Below, piece after piece: positions 11,318 through 23,848 of a stretch of DNA of 64,000 nt. Position 1 is the stretch's first letter; the number at the start of each line of letters is the position of its first letter. The notes under the pieces were generated by a model, which saw only the letters and a list, made by a program, of their open reading frames with translations, searched no databases and was not told the origin of the DNA. Origin of the DNA: Macrostomum lignano (taxonomy: Eukaryota); contig NIVC01000153.1 of NCBI GenBank assembly GCA_002269645.1, forward strand, positions 124,001-188,000, given 5' to 3'. Both the position numbers and the translations under genes were made by a program.

Positions 11318-12004
11318 GAACTATTATACGAGTAATTTTAACTCTTAGTGTAAAACGGTCCGACTTGAAAAAGAAAAATGTGTTAATCTGGTTAATATAA
11401 TTGTTTAAGCTCTACTTCTATATAGTCCAAGTGTAACCATTATTTGTTTGATTATTTCACAATATGTCAGTTTTTGTAGCTGCTAAATAGTTGAACATGG
11501 TTTGAATAAAAATGATATAAATTATAAATACGAGCGTCATAATTGTTAATTTCTTCCCAGTGACAACGGTTAGCGATTGTGTTATTGATTTTCTTAGATT
11601 TATAAATATTTCTGCAGCTACGAGCGTAGGCCTCGAGCTAAGCCAGGATTTAGAGGAAAAATTATTCAAAATTCTATAGCACAAAATCTTTTTTGCTCAG
11701 GTGCAAGTTGGGCATGCGTCATATTTGATAATTATGAAATATAATTGACTCGAAATCTATTTGCTTTCTGCCTTCTTGTTCCGGCTTTTCTTTGCTCTTT
11801 CGGGGCGGCATCTGCTTAAACTGAATTTCTGATTTTCTCTTCAAACTTCTTCAAACAGGCTTTAAAAAGATTAGCTCTCTTTTAAATCAGAAAATTTCTT
11901 TTAAGTAGCAGCTGCAGTCGCAAAATCAGTGCTTTGATGTCCGGGAGACCAGGTGAGGTCCGTCGAGTAATCATCTTGTTTTTCGCCCAGAAAGGATTAA
12001 TCTA

Positions 12005-12383
12005 TCGACCCTGTGCAGACTGCAGAGACCCCTGTTTTTGGATTGATAGACCCTGTGCAGACTGCAGAGACCCCTGTTTTTGGATTGATAGACCCTGTGC
12101 AGACTGCAGAGACCCCTGTTTTTGGATTGATAGACCCTGTGCAGACTGCAGAGACCCCTGTTTTTGGATTGATAGACCCTGTGCAGACTGCTGAGAGACC
12201 CCTGTTCTTTGATTGACAAACCCTGTGCAGACTGCAGAGACCCCTGTTCTTTGATTGATAGACCCTGTGCAGACTGCTGAGAGACCCCTGTTCTTTGATT
12301 GATAGACCCTGTGCAGACTGCTGAGAGACCCCTGTTCTTTGATTGATAGACCCTGTGCAGACTGCTGAGAGACCATTGTTCTT
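12005..12383. repeat. Minisatellite, 42-44 bp unit GATAGACCCTGTGCAGACTGCAGAGACCCCTGTTTTTGGATT
   Basis: About 9 tandem copies. Confidence 0.95.
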
Positions 12384-12570
12384 TGGTAGAGCCGCTGCCC
12401 CGCAGTTTCAATATTGTGTGAAAAATTGCTAACAGAGCTCTCATTGGTTAATCATTTCTATTCGCACGCAGCAGCCAAATGCCCATAATTTTTAAATATT
12501 AGCGCTCAGCAAAAGCCCTCAACAGTGATAAGCATCCTTATTTCTCTAAATAGCCGACGCAATTTATTGC

Positions 12571-12989
12571 ATGCGCATTGACATGGCCGTACAGGAAGCT
12601 GAATATGGAACCTGGAAATCGCCAATCACCGCCAGCTCGGTGTCTTCTGCCGGTGTCTATCTATTCGACTTAACTGTCGACTCGAATATCGAGCTCAACG
12701 ATGGCACAGTCTACTGGATTGAAGGTCGGCCAGCCGAGGCCGGCCGCTACGTTGTGTGCTCGTGTCCGACCGGCTCCACGGATCCCGTGTCCTGGACGCC
12801 AGCCGGTTTCAGCGCCCGGACTCGGGTGCACGAATACGGCGGCGGAGCTCTGCTAGTGTACAATGGCGCAGTGTACTTTAGCAACATGGCCGACCAGCGA
12901 GTCTATAGGCAGGATAAGCCGGACGGACCGGCTGAACCGGTGACGCCCGAGGGAGAGTACTTCTATGCCGATGGTTGCTATGCGGCAGC
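12571..12989 (+). CDS. S9-family serine peptidase (DAP2/acylaminoacyl-peptidase-like), exon 1
   Basis: EYGTWKSPITA, VYWIEGRPAEAGR, FSARTRVHEYGGGA, VYFSNMADQRVY, YADG. GC|GTGAGT donor, phase 2. Start at 12571 or 12583. Confidence 0.9.
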
Positions 12990-13017
12990 GTGAGTCAGGG
13001 AGCGCTAAGTTACCCTT

Positions 13018-13440
13018 ACCTGAGGGAACCTTCCCTACCTGAGGGAACCTTCTCTACCTGAGGGAACCTTTTTTATCTTAGGGAGCCTTCCTTATCTGAG
13101 AAAACCTTCCTTATCTGAAGGAGCCTTCCTTATCTGAGGGAACCTTCCTTATCTGAGGGAACCTTCCTTATCTGAGGGAACCTTCCCTTATCTGAGGGAA
13201 CCTTCCCTATCTGAGGGAACCTTCCCTACCTGAGGGAACCTTCCCTACCTGAGGGAACCTTTTCTATCTGAGGGAGCCTTCCTTATCTGAGAAAACCTTC
13301 CTTATCTGAGAAAACCTTCCTTATCTGAAGGAGCCTTCCTTATCTGAGGGAACCTTCCTTATCTGAAGGAGCCTTCCCTACCTGAGGGAACCTTCCCTAC
13401 CTGAGGGAACCTTTTCTATCTGAGGGAGCCTTACCTATCT
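13018..13440. repeat. Intronic minisatellite, ~19-20 bp unit CTGAGGGAACCTTCC(C/T)TA(C/T)
   Basis: Tandem copies in peptidase intron 1. Confidence 0.93.
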
Positions 13441-13514
13441 AAGTTAACCCAGGAATATGAATTATTATTCATAATAAATAAACGAATAAAAAGTAAATTG
13501 CACCCATCTGGCAG

Positions 13515-14127
13515 CTCGGCCGGCGGTCGAATATACTACGTACGCGAAGGCCACGAAGTGGTTCGCAGCGGTTCGCGCAAAGAAGCTGAAAACTGCCTAG
13601 TGCTGGTCAGCCCCTCTGGCGCCCAGCCTCCACAGGTGGTAGCCTCAGGCCGGGATTTCTACTCTTCTCCGCGCGTATCGGCCGACTGTTCCAAGCTCGC
13701 CTGGATCCAATGGGATCATCCCAACATGCCGTGGGACGCTACTCAGCTCTGCTGGGCCGCGCTAGACCCGGCAACCGGCCTCCCATTAGCCAATGCTATC
13801 AATACTGTTCAGGTGCCCGGCAGCGGGCCTGAGCTCAATTTGCAGTATCCGGCCTGGGCTTCGGCCAACCGACTATTGTACATTGGCGATCAATCCGGCT
13901 ATTGGAATCTGTACTCGGTGGACACCGCCGCCGGGTCTAGTAGCAACCATGCCAGTCTGTATCCAGCTAAGCAGGATCTGGCTAGCCCGGCCTGGATGTT
14001 TGGCCAGCATCCCCACTGTTTGGAGCGGCCTGCGGGCGGCGGCACCAGAGTCCTGCTGGTTTCTGGCGACTCGGTGCTCCGTTTGGATGCCGAGAGCGGG
14101 TCGGCTGAGCCGCTGGCCCAGTTTAAG
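13515..14127 (+). CDS. S9-family peptidase exon 2 (beta-propeller)
   Basis: SGRDFYSSPRVSADCSKLAWIQWDHPNMPWDATQL, DQSGYWNLY. Acceptor GGCAG ends 13514 (phase 2); AAG|GTGAGC donor. Confidence 0.9.
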
Positions 14128-14133
14128 GTGAGC

Positions 14134-14345
14134 TTCTATCTCTACAACTCTCGCATTCTATCTCTACAACTCTCGCATTCTATCTCTACAGCTGTCGCAT
14201 TCTATCTCTACAGCTCTCGCATTCTATCTCTGCAGCTCTCGCATTCTATCTCTGCAGCTCTCACATTCTATCTCTACAGCTCTCGCATTCTATCTCTGCA
14301 GCTCTCGCATTCTATCTCTACAGCTCTCGCATTCCATCTCTACAA
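14134..14345. repeat. Intronic minisatellite, 22 bp unit TTCTATCTCTACAGCTCTCGCA
   Basis: Fills almost the whole of peptidase intron 2 (14128-14354). Confidence 0.95.
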
Positions 14346-14354
14346 CAAACGCAG

Positions 14355-14514
14355 GTCTCTGGCTACAACAGCATCAAATATCCCAAATGGTCGGGCGGTT
14401 ACTTCTACGCCGTGGCCAGTTCGGCCGTGTCGCCGCCCGCCGTGATCCGCTATCGGCTTGAGAGCGGCTCTATTGAAGTGTTGCGACTGTCAAATTCGCT
14501 TAAATTTGACGTGG
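14355..14514 (+). CDS. S9-family peptidase exon 3
   Basis: VSGYNSIKYPKWSGGYFYAVASSAVSPPAVIRY...; CGCAG acceptor and G|GTAAGG donor; phases 0 and 1 match the neighbouring exons. Confidence 0.85.
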
Positions 14515-14811
14515 GTAAGGCAACAGACAGATGGGCGGGTTGGCGGTTGAGTGACGCAATTCGAAGTTCATGCCTGATAGTTGGTCTTGGAGCTTGTTAT
14601 GCTAATTTTTTTAAAATAAAAAACTACAAGCAGTACTCTGTAATGTCCAGCAACATAAATAGACATACTACTCGTAGTAGTACATAGACATACTAGTAGT
14701 AGAATGACGGGAAACTACCTTTCTTGGAATATTTTAGAAGGCAGGTTGTTTTCGAAAAATACACAACGGAGATAGGAAGTTTTCATTTTTTCAGCACAAA
14801 AATTGTTATTG

Positions 14812-15201
14812 CTTTCGATGGGTAGCAGACCCAGGGTTCATCCTTTGATATGTTGTGCCTTTCTTATATCTGATAGCTCGATTGATACGACGAGTATAAA
14901 AGCTTTTCGTTCAGAAAATTAGGACTCTATGTTAGTTTTTTATTGCACGTACATTCCCATTTACACATATTGCTGAACAGTCAGCTAAGAATGGTAAAAT
15001 AGAGTCATAAATCAATGAGCCGAGCCGTGCCATTTTAATGCTTTTTAGGCACAGAGGACATGTACAAATTGTACGTAGAATAAAAAAATAAGCATAGAAT
15101 CCTAATTTTCGAAACGAAAAGCCTTATGAATATCAATAGAGAGCTATAAGAAAGGCACAGCATATCAAAAGATGAACCCTATGTCTGCTACCCATCGAAA
15201 G
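14812..15201. mobile_element. MITE-like non-autonomous DNA element with ~50-bp TIRs
   Basis: CTTTCGATGGGTAGCAGAC..AGGGTTCATC.TTTGATATG.TGTGCCTTTCTTATA at 14812 and its reverse complement ending 15201. No TSD evident. Confidence 0.8.
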
Positions 15202-15273
15202 ATCTGGTAGAAACATTAATTCCAATCTTGCACAAGCATCAGCCGCTCCAACGCAATCCCCTGCGACCCGCAG

Positions 15274-15607
15274 GCTATATTTCCGTTGCTCAACCGATCG
15301 AATTCCCGACGGCCAACGGGGCCACCGCTCACGCCTATTATTATCCGCCGCGCAATCGCGATTTCGTTGCCCCGTCCGGCTCCGGCCGCCGCTGTTGGTA
15401 CGCGCACACGGCGGGCCGACAGCCGCCGCCTCGCCGTCGCTTAGCCTGAAGATCCAGTACTGGACTAGCCGCGGCTACGCTCTGGCCGACGTTGATTATC
15501 GCGGCAGCACGGGCTACGGCACCGTTTATAGAAATCTGCTGCGCTACAACTGGGGCATTGCCGATGTTGACGACTGTTGCGCTGTTGTGCGCTACCTGGC
15601 CAATAAG
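15274..15607 (+). CDS. S9-family peptidase exon 4 (apparent 1-nt frameshift near 15384)
   Basis: [13 protein letters not shown]...HAYYYPPRN in one frame; [14 protein letters not shown]...[20 protein letters not shown] in the -1 frame. AAG|GTGTGT donor. Confidence 0.88.
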
Positions 15608-15649
15608 GTGTGTAGATTGACTAATTTATCCCTAATTTAGAAATTCCCA

Positions 15650-16660
15650 TCATAGATCTACGAATCCCCATCCTAGATCTAGGAATCCCCATCCTAAATC
15701 TGGGAATTCCCTTCCTAAATCTGGGAATTCCCGTCCTAGATATGAAAATTCCCATCTCAGATCTGGGGATTCCATTCTAGATCCGGAAATCTCATCCTAA
15801 ATCTGGAAATCCCATCCTAGATCTGGGAATCCCATCCTAAATCTTGTAACCTCTCCTAGATCTGAAAATTCCCATCCCAAGTGTGGGAATCCCATTCAGG
15901 ATCTGGGAATCCATCCTAGATCTACGGGAATCTATCTTAGATCTGGGGCTCCCTATCTTAGATCTGGGGCTCCCTATCTTAAATCTGGGGCTCCCTATCT
16001 TAGATCTGGGGCTCCCTATCTTAGATCTGGGGCTCCCTATCTTAAATCTGGGGCTCCCTATCTTAGATCTGGGGCTCCCTATCTTAAATCTGGGGCTCCC
16101 TATCTTAGATCTGGGGCTCCCTATCTTAGATCTGGGGCTCCCTATCTTAGATCTGGGGCTCCCTATCTTAAATCTGGGGCTCCCTATCTTAAATCTGGGG
16201 CTCCCTATCTTAGATCTGGGGCTCCCTATCTTAAATCTGGGGCTCCCTATCTTAGATCTGGGGCTCCCTATCTTAGATCTGGGGCTCCCTATCTTAGATC
16301 TGGGGCTCCCTATCTTAAATCTGGGGCTCCCTATCTTAAATCTGGGGCTCCCTATCTTAGATCTGGGGCTCCCTATCTTAGATCTGGGGCTCCCTATCTT
16401 AGATCTGGGGCTCCCTATCTTAGATCTGGGGCTCCCTATCTTAGATCTGGGGCTCCCTATCTTAGATCTGGGGCTCCCTATCTTAGATCTGGGGCTCCCT
16501 ATCTTAAATCTGGGGCTCCCTATCTTAGATCTGGGGCTCCCTATCTTAGATCTGGGGCTCCCTATCTTAGATCTGGGGCTCCCTATCTTAAATCTGGGGC
16601 TCCCTATCTTAGACCTGGGGCTCCCTATTCAAAATCTGGGAATCCCCCTCCTAAATCTAG
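15650..16660. repeat. Intronic minisatellite, 21 bp unit GATCTGGGGCTCCCTATCTTA with diverged 5' copies
   Basis: Homogeneous core ~15930-16630 with degenerate GGGAATCCC-containing copies at the edges; peptidase intron 4. Confidence 0.95.
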
Positions 16661-16780
16661 AAACACCCTTCCTAAATTAAATCTAGTAAATCCAAATCCA
16701 AATTCCTAACTCTTATCCATGGTTTTGATTAAGAATCATTCTATAAACTCAGTGATCCCATCGCTAATAATTATCCTAAG

Positions 16781-17056
16781 GGCCTGGCCGATCCCCGCCG
16801 AGCCTGCATTGACGGCGGCAGTGCCGGCGGCTACACAACCCTGGCCTGTCTGGCGTTTCGCGATACTTTTAGCGCCGGCGCCAGCCACTACGGCGTCGCC
16901 GATCTGCAGCTGCTTCGGGCCGACACGCACAAGTTCGAGTCGCGCTATTTGGACAATCTGATTGGCCGTACTCCTGAGGAGGTCAGCCGAGCCTGTGTTG
17001 AGCGATCGCCTATTCACCACGTAGACAAGATTTCCTGCCCGCTGATATTGTTTCAG
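16781..17056 (+). CDS. S9-family peptidase exon 5 (catalytic Ser)
   Basis: RACIDGGSAGGYTTL...HYGVADL...DTHKFESRYLDNLIG...ERSPIHHVDKISCPLILFQ; phase 0 at both ends. Confidence 0.93.
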
Positions 17057-17078
17057 GTGAGAATAGTTTTGTTTTGGG

Positions 17079-17990
17079 GAATCCCCGTTTGGATCTTGTT
17101 TTACGAGCTAATAATCTGGCGGATTCCCCGTTTGATTCTTGGTGATAAACCTCTGGGATTCCCCGTTTGGTTCTTGGTGATAAACCTCTGGAATTCCCCG
17201 TTTGGTTCTTGGTGATAAACCTCTGGGATTCCCCGTTTGGTTCTTGGTGATAAACATCTGGGATTCCCCGGTTGATTCTTGGTGATAAATATATGGGATT
17301 CCCCGCTTAATTCTTGATGATAAACCTCTGGGATTCCCCGTTTGATTCTTTGTGATAAACATCTGGGATTTCCCGTTTGGCTCTTGGTGATAAACCTCTG
17401 GGATTCCCCGTTTGATTCTTGGTGATAAACCTCTGAGATTCCCCGTTTGGTTCTTGGTGATAAACCTCTGAGATTCCCCGTTTGGCTCTTTGTGATAAAC
17501 CACTGGAATTCCCCGTTTGGTTCTTGGTGATAAACCTGTGGGATTCCCCGTTTGGCTCTTGGTGATAAACATCTGGGATTCCCCGTTTGATTCTTGGTGA
17601 TAAATATATGGGATTCCCCGCTTAATTCTTGGTGATAAACCTCTGGGATTCCCCGTTTGGCTCTTGGTGATAAACATCTGGGATTCCCCGGTTGATTCTT
17701 GGTGATAAATATATGGGATTCCCCGCTTAATTCTTGATGATAAACCTCTGGGATTCCCCGTTTGATTCTTTGTGATAAACATCTGGGATTTCCCGTTTGG
17801 CTCTTGGTGATAAACCTCTGGGATTCCCCGTTTGGCTCTTGGTGATAAACCTCTGGGATTCCCCGTTTGGTTCTTGGTGATAAACCTCTGGGATTCCCCG
17901 TTTGGTTCTTGGTGATAAACCCCTGGGATTCCTCGTTTGGTTCTTGGTGATGAATCCCTGGGATTCCCCATTTGATTCTTACTGATGAAT
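17079..17990. repeat. Intronic minisatellite, 35 bp unit GGGATTCCCCGTTTGGTTCTTGGTGATAAACCTCT
   Basis: About 26 copies in peptidase intron 5. Confidence 0.95.
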
Positions 17991-18076
17991 CTCTTCATTA
18001 TTCCAAAATCCCACACTTTTCTAGTTTTATTCCCTATCCTATAATCCCATCGAATCCCCCCGCCCACCTTCCTCAG

Positions 18077-18316
18077 GGCGACGAGGACCGCATAGTGCCG
18101 CCCAACCAGGCCGAGCTGATGTTCGCCAAGGTGCGCGAGAAAGGCCTGCCCTGCGCCTACCTGCTGTTCCCCGGAGAGCAGCACGGATTCCGCAAGGCTG
18201 AGAACATCAACAAGTCATTGGATGGCCAATTTTATTTCTTTGCTAAGCTGTTCGGCTTTCAGCCTGCCGATTCAGGCATCGAAGTGGACATTGTTAATCT
18301 GCCTAGCGACAAGTAA
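18077..18316 (+). CDS. S9-family peptidase exon 6 (catalytic Asp and His)
   Basis: GDEDRIVPPNQA...FPGEQHGFRKAENI...FFAKLFGF; CCTCAG acceptor, TAA stop. Confidence 0.93.
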   Translation, partial: GDEDRIVPPNQAELMFAKVREKGLPCAYLLFPGEQHGFRKAENINKSLDGQFYFFAKLFGFQPADSGIEVDIVNLPSDK

Positions 18317-19169
18317 TTAGTGTTGCTTCAACTAAATACGAGTAGATAACTTTTTGTCTTCAAATTATATCTTTCATTAATTAGATCCCGATTTTAGTCG
18401 ATGAAAAATCTAAAGCTAAAATTCGATTAACAATCCTATATTAGTAGTAGAGGATAGCACATTTCTGCCGTTGGAAAAGCCGCGGAAATTCCGTGGGCCC
18501 CAAGTGAAAGTACATAGGCCACTTGTGTTTACACTGATCGCGAGACTCTGCCGCGGGAAAGTCGCGGAAATTCCGTGGGGGCTACAATAACTAAACACGG
18601 CCATGCTATGTGCTTAGGTAGAAGAACGTAAGTCACGCTTGATTTATTTTTTTAGAATCAGATCAGATGCTTATGCTCATGGTTTAATGACTTTTTGCAA
18701 CGCCAGCCTCACCCCCAGCTTGCATAAACAACTTTATAGTTAAAATTGCTTTCATTGTGTCTTGATTATTCGATTTCATAGCTATTCCAGATAATTGTTA
18801 AATATGTTATTAATAATATGAAAGTCGCGTACTGATTTCTTTGTCCATTTCGTGTGCCACCGAAAAGAAGGTATAGCTTTATTCTGGCTGCCAGCTTTCT
18901 AAAATAATTACCTACTTAGTAGTTTTATGCTGTGTTGTAATAATATAATTATTGATCGTTCAATTAAAATACTTTTATATTTTTAAATAAATCAACTGTA
19001 TCAATTTTATCAGTGCTGCTGATTCATTGTAGGCACTATAATGTGAGTTTATGAGCCACTGTCGCTGTTTTTCCCTATTGCTCAGATAGTCCAATAGATT
19101 TTGTAAGTATTCAATTCACTGGGTACACTATGAAATTGGTAAATGCTTATAGCAGTGTGTTCATATTTC

Positions 19170-19320
19170 GGTCACATTTCTTTACCATATGGTCACATTC
19201 CTAATCTTAAGGTCACATTTCTAACCTTATGATCAGGTCACATTTTTCAACCATAAGGTTACATTTCTAAACCTTACGGTGTAAAATTTCTAAGCTTTTG
19301 GTCGTTTTTCTAAACCCTAC
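19170..19320. repeat. Degenerate ~20 bp tandem repeat GGTCACATTTCTAACCTTAT
   Basis: About 7 diverged copies. Confidence 0.6.
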
Positions 19321-19446
19321 GTACTCATATTCCCAATATTACAGGCACATTTTTCTACTTACAGTAGTTTTATATATTTTTTTCGTTAGATACTACTTTT
19401 TTAAATGAGTAGCTTTAAACGCGTTTATGTTTCGCTCCTTGACTAA

Positions 19447-20295
19447 ATGGAAGAATTAGCCAATTTTATTAATTGCGTTGGCTGCAACAGATCGCACGCT
19501 GATTGGCTGATAATTGACTGTCTGCACTCTGTCTGCCAGTGCTGCGTGGCCAGGCAGCACTATAAGAATCGGCAGCTCGATCAGCTTGTCTTATCTGACG
19601 AATTAGATAAGATACAATTAACCAAACAGCTGATGCTTGACCAGCCTATCGAGTGTCCCAGCTGTCAGAGGCCTGTTAGCGCCGGTCAAGCCTGTGAGAA
19701 TTTCCTGTTGCTTTTGGCTGGCCCGCCTGCGCAGCGGTTTTGCAACCAGGAGGTCTGCATACAGGTTAACACGCACGCGGAGGCTGAGCCTGCTGTAGAG
19801 TTCTGCCTCGGCTGCGACAGATATAACTGCTACGTATATCAGACTGGGCATCTGTGCATGCCGGATTTGTCAGCTAATAGTCACATCACCCTGCCAGTGA
19901 ATCGGCCTCCGCTAGACGATTGGGACGGCCCGGCCTGCCAGCATTCGGCTACTCAGCGTTGGCCAATCCAGCGGCTCTGTCTGCGCTGCGATTCTCTGCT
20001 GTGCGAGGATTGCGCCAACTATGAGCACGACCGATCGCACGCTGACAGGATTGTACTGGTGACCGAGCCGGCCGCTTGGGCCAGACTGCTGGCTAGGCTC
20101 AGAGCAGTTGGAGATCTCACTGCCAATCAGGTTCGCGAACTGAAAACCGGCTGTAGTCAGGCGCAATCAGCTATTGGAGGCTTGGATGCCAATTTTAAAC
20201 AGGCGGTGGATCAGTGGCAGGATATGAAGACGGTTATTTCCTCCGATTACTTTTTGAAGGCAAGCGACCAGCTGAGGACGGAGCTGTATAAGGCC
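19447..20295 (+). CDS. TRIM/TIF1-like protein exon 1: RING, two B-box-like motifs, coiled coil
   Basis: CVGC...DCLHSVCQCC...CPSC (RING-HC); AVEFCLGC...C...H; CQHS...CLRCDSLLCEDC..EH..H. GCC|GTGAGT donor, phase 0. Confidence 0.85.
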
Positions 20296-20329
20296 GTGAG
20301 TTACACAAGGGCGCTTGAAGACCAACATT

Positions 20330-22028
20330 TCTGCCTGACCAACCTCCACAGTTCTGACTAACAACCCCCCACAGTTCTGCCTAACAACCCCCCCACAGTT
20401 CTGCCTGACCAACCCACCTCCACAGTTCTGCCTAACAACCCCCCACAGTTCTGCCTAACAACCCCCCCCACAGTTCTGCCCTAACAACCCCCACAGTTCT
20501 GCCTAACAACCCCCCACAGTTCTGCCCTAACAACCCCCCACAGTTCTGCCTAACAACCCCCCCACAGTTCTGCCTGACCAACCCACCTCCACAGTTCTGC
20601 CTAACAACCCCCCCACAGTTCTGCCTGACCAACCCACCTCCACAGTTCTGCCTAACAACCCCCCACAGTTCTGCCTAACAACCCCCCACAGTTCTGCCTG
20701 ACCAACCTCCCCCACAGTTCTGCCTAACAACCCCCCCCCACAGTTCTGCCTAACAACCCCCCACAGTTCTGCCTAACAACCCCCCACAGTTCTGCCTAAC
20801 AACCCCCCCCACAGTTCTGCCTAACAACCCCCCCACAGTTCTGCCTGACCAACCTCCCCACAGTTCTGCCTAACAACCCCCCACAGTTCTGCCTAACAAC
20901 CCCCACAGTTCTGCCTGACCAACCTCCCCCACAGTTCTGCCTAACAACCCCCCACAGTTCTGCCTAACAACCCCCCCCACAGTTCTGCCTAACAACCCCC
21001 CACAGTTCTGCCTAACAACCCCCCCCCACAGTTCTGCCTAACAACCCCCCCACAGTTCTGCCTAACAACCCCCCCCACAGTTCTGCCTAACAACCCCCCC
21101 ACAGTTCTGCCTAACAACCCCCCCCCACAGTTCTGCCTAACAACCCCCCCCCACAGTTCTGCCTAACAACCCCCCCACAGTTCTGCCTAACAACCCCCCA
21201 CAGTTCTGCCTAACAACCCCCCCCCACAGTTCTGCCTGACCAACCTCCCCACAGTTCTGCCTAACAACCCCCCACAGTTCTGCCTAACAACCCCCCCCAC
21301 AGTTCTGCCTGACCAACCTCCCCACAGTTCTGCCTGACCAACCTCCCCACAGTTCTGCCTAACAACCCCCCCCACAGTTCTGCCTAACAACCCCCCACAG
21401 TTCTGCCTAACAACCCCCACAGTTCTGCCTAACAACCCCCCACAGTTCTGCCTAACAACCCCCCCACAGTTCTGCCTAACAACCCCCCCCACAGTTCTGC
21501 CTAACAACCCCCCACAGTTCTGCCTAACAACCCCCCCCCCCCACAGTTCTGCCTGACCAACCCACCTCCACAGTTCTGCCTAACAACCCCCCCACAGTTC
21601 TGCCTAACAACCCCCCCACAGTTCTGCCTGACCAACCCCCCCCCCACAGTTCTGCCTAACAACCCCCCCCACAGTTCTGCCTGACCAACCCCCCCCCACA
21701 GTTCTGCCTGACCAACCCCCCCCCACAGTTCTGCCTGACCAACCTCCCCACAGTTCTGCCTAACAACCCCCACAGTTCTGCCTGACCAACCTCCCCACAG
21801 TTCTGCCTAACAACCCCCCACAGTTCTGCCTGACCAACCTCCCCACAGTTCTGCCTAACAACCCCCCACAGTTCTGCCTAACAACCCCCCACAGTTCTGC
21901 CTGACCAACCTCCCACAGTTCTGCCTGACCAACCTCCCCACAGTTCTGCCTAACAACCCCCCACAGTTCTGCCTAACAACCCCCCACAGTTCTGCCTAAC
22001 AACCCCCCCCCACAGTTCTGCCTAACAA
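20330..22028. repeat. Intronic minisatellite, ~24-28 bp unit ACAGTTCTGCCTAACAAC(C)n with variable C run
   Basis: Fills most of TRIM intron 1. Confidence 0.96.
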
Positions 22029-22104
22029 ACCTTGTCCATCCAATGTACAAATGCATGCAATTTTTTCACTCCACCTCATTTCTCCCTACTATTGCGTACC
22101 GCAG

Positions 22105-22531
22105 TTCACAGACGAGAAACTCAAGCTGAGTCAATCGGACGAAACCCAATGCGATCAGGCGCTACGCTGCGGTCGCCTTGCCGACCTATTCGACGCTGTA
22201 CTAGCAGAGGCTCGGGAGTCGCTTTCGCGCCCAGTCGGCTCCTCTGTCGGTGACAGCGGTAGCGGCGGTGCATTTCCGCCGCCTGCTTCGGCCGAGGCGG
22301 TCACCTTGGCGCTGCGCTACTGCCTGACGGAGCTGGACGACACCGGCTTGGGCGGCGGCGCCGGCACCGGAGGTTCCGTCGAGACCGCCGGCAGCGATGA
22401 TAATGCAGAAGATTGCGTAGTAGATGTCAGTTCAACTCTGGACGGTGCCAGACTGAAATTTGACGAGACTGCCTGCCGGATTGAGTTGAAAAAATGGTCG
22501 ACTATCACAACTTATGATCTGGATGATGATG
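22105..22531 (+). CDS. TRIM/TIF1-like protein exon 2
   Basis: CCGCAG acceptor (phase 0), open GC-rich frame FTDEKLKLSQ...TYDLDDD, G|GTGAGT donor (phase 1). Confidence 0.8.
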
Positions 22532-22624
22532 GTGAGTTGTGTCGTCGGATCGATTGCTTTTACAGTCTATTTAATATTATTAATGTTGTTTACTATCTTA
22601 AAGTATATTCTAAGTCAAAACTTT

Positions 22625-23815
22625 GTTTGGAATCTTGTCGGATATAGGTCATTTTGATACTATAGAATCTTGTCAGATATAGGTCATTTTGATACTATAG
22701 AATCTTGTCGGATATAGGTCATTTTGATACTATAGAATCTTGTCAGATATAGGTCATTTTGATACTATAGAATCTTGTCGGATATAGGTCATTTTGATAC
22801 TATAGAATCTTGTCAGATATGGGTCATTTTGAAATTAGTATCTTGTCAGATATGCGCCATTTTGATACTAGAATCTTGTCAGATATGGGTCATTTTGATA
22901 TTAGTATCTTGTCAGATATGCGCCATTTTGATACTAGAATCTTGTCAGATATGGGTCATTTTGATACTATAGAATCTTGTCAGATATGGGTCATTTTGAA
23001 GTTAGTATCTTGTCAGATATGCGTCATTTTGATACTAGAATCTTGTCAGATATGGGTCATTTTGAAATTAGTATCTTGTCAGATATGCGCCATTTTGATA
23101 CTAGAATCTTGTCAGATATGGGTCATTTTGATACTAGAATCTTGTCAGATATGGGTCATTTTGATACTATAATCTTGTCAGATATGGGTCATTTTGATAC
23201 TATAGAATCTTGTCAGATATGGGTCATTTTGAAGTTAGTATCTTGTCAGATATGCGTCATTTTGATACTAGAATCTTGTCAGATTTGGGTAATTTTGGTA
23301 ATAAAATCTTGTCAGATATGGGTCATTTTGATATTAGAATCTTGTCAGATATGGGTCATTTTGATATTAGTATCTTGTCAGATATGGGTCATTTTGATAC
23401 TAGAATCTTGTCAGATATGGGTCATTTTGATACTAGAATCTTGTCAGATATGGGTCATTTTGATACTATAATCTTGTCAGATATGGGTCATTTTGATACT
23501 ATAGAATCTTGTCAGATATGGGTCATTTTGAAGTTAGTATCTTGTCAGATATGCGTCATTTTGATACTAGAATCTTGTCAGATTTGGGTAATTTTGGTAA
23601 TAAAATCTTGTCAGATATGGGTCATTTTGATATTAGAATCTTGTCAGATATGGGTCATTTTGATACTAGAATCTTGTCAGATATGGGTCATTTTGATACT
23701 ATAGAATCTTGTCAGATATGGGTCATTTTAACACTAGAATCTTGTCAGATATGGGTCATTTTGATACTAGAATCTTGTCAGATATGGGTCATTTTGATAC
23801 TAGAATTTTTTCAGA
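22625..23815. repeat. Intronic minisatellite, 33-34 bp unit AGAATCTTGTCAGATATGGGTCATTTTGATACT
   Basis: About 35 copies in TRIM intron 2. Confidence 0.96.
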
Positions 23816-23848
23816 TTTAGATGGTTGCAATCTTGCCTCATATAACAG

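Noticed and set aside
11720-11812. Minus-strand ATG reading MPPRKSKEKPEQEGRKQIDF...
   Set aside because: Stops after about 30 codons, with no convincing donor and no recognisable homology.
15883-16680. (DLGLPIL)n ORF that superficially resembles a leucine-rich repeat
   Set aside because: 21-bp satellite in peptidase intron 4; synonymous positions are not diversified.
12571-18316. Recent horizontal transfer of a bacterial-like S9 peptidase
   Set aside because: Five canonical introns and host-like composition. The family is widespread, so nothing here supports a recent transfer without a phylogeny.
18465-18582. Pair of ~32-bp direct repeats containing CGCGGAAATTCCGTG
   Set aside because: Only two copies with no TSD or TIR context; cannot be assigned a function.
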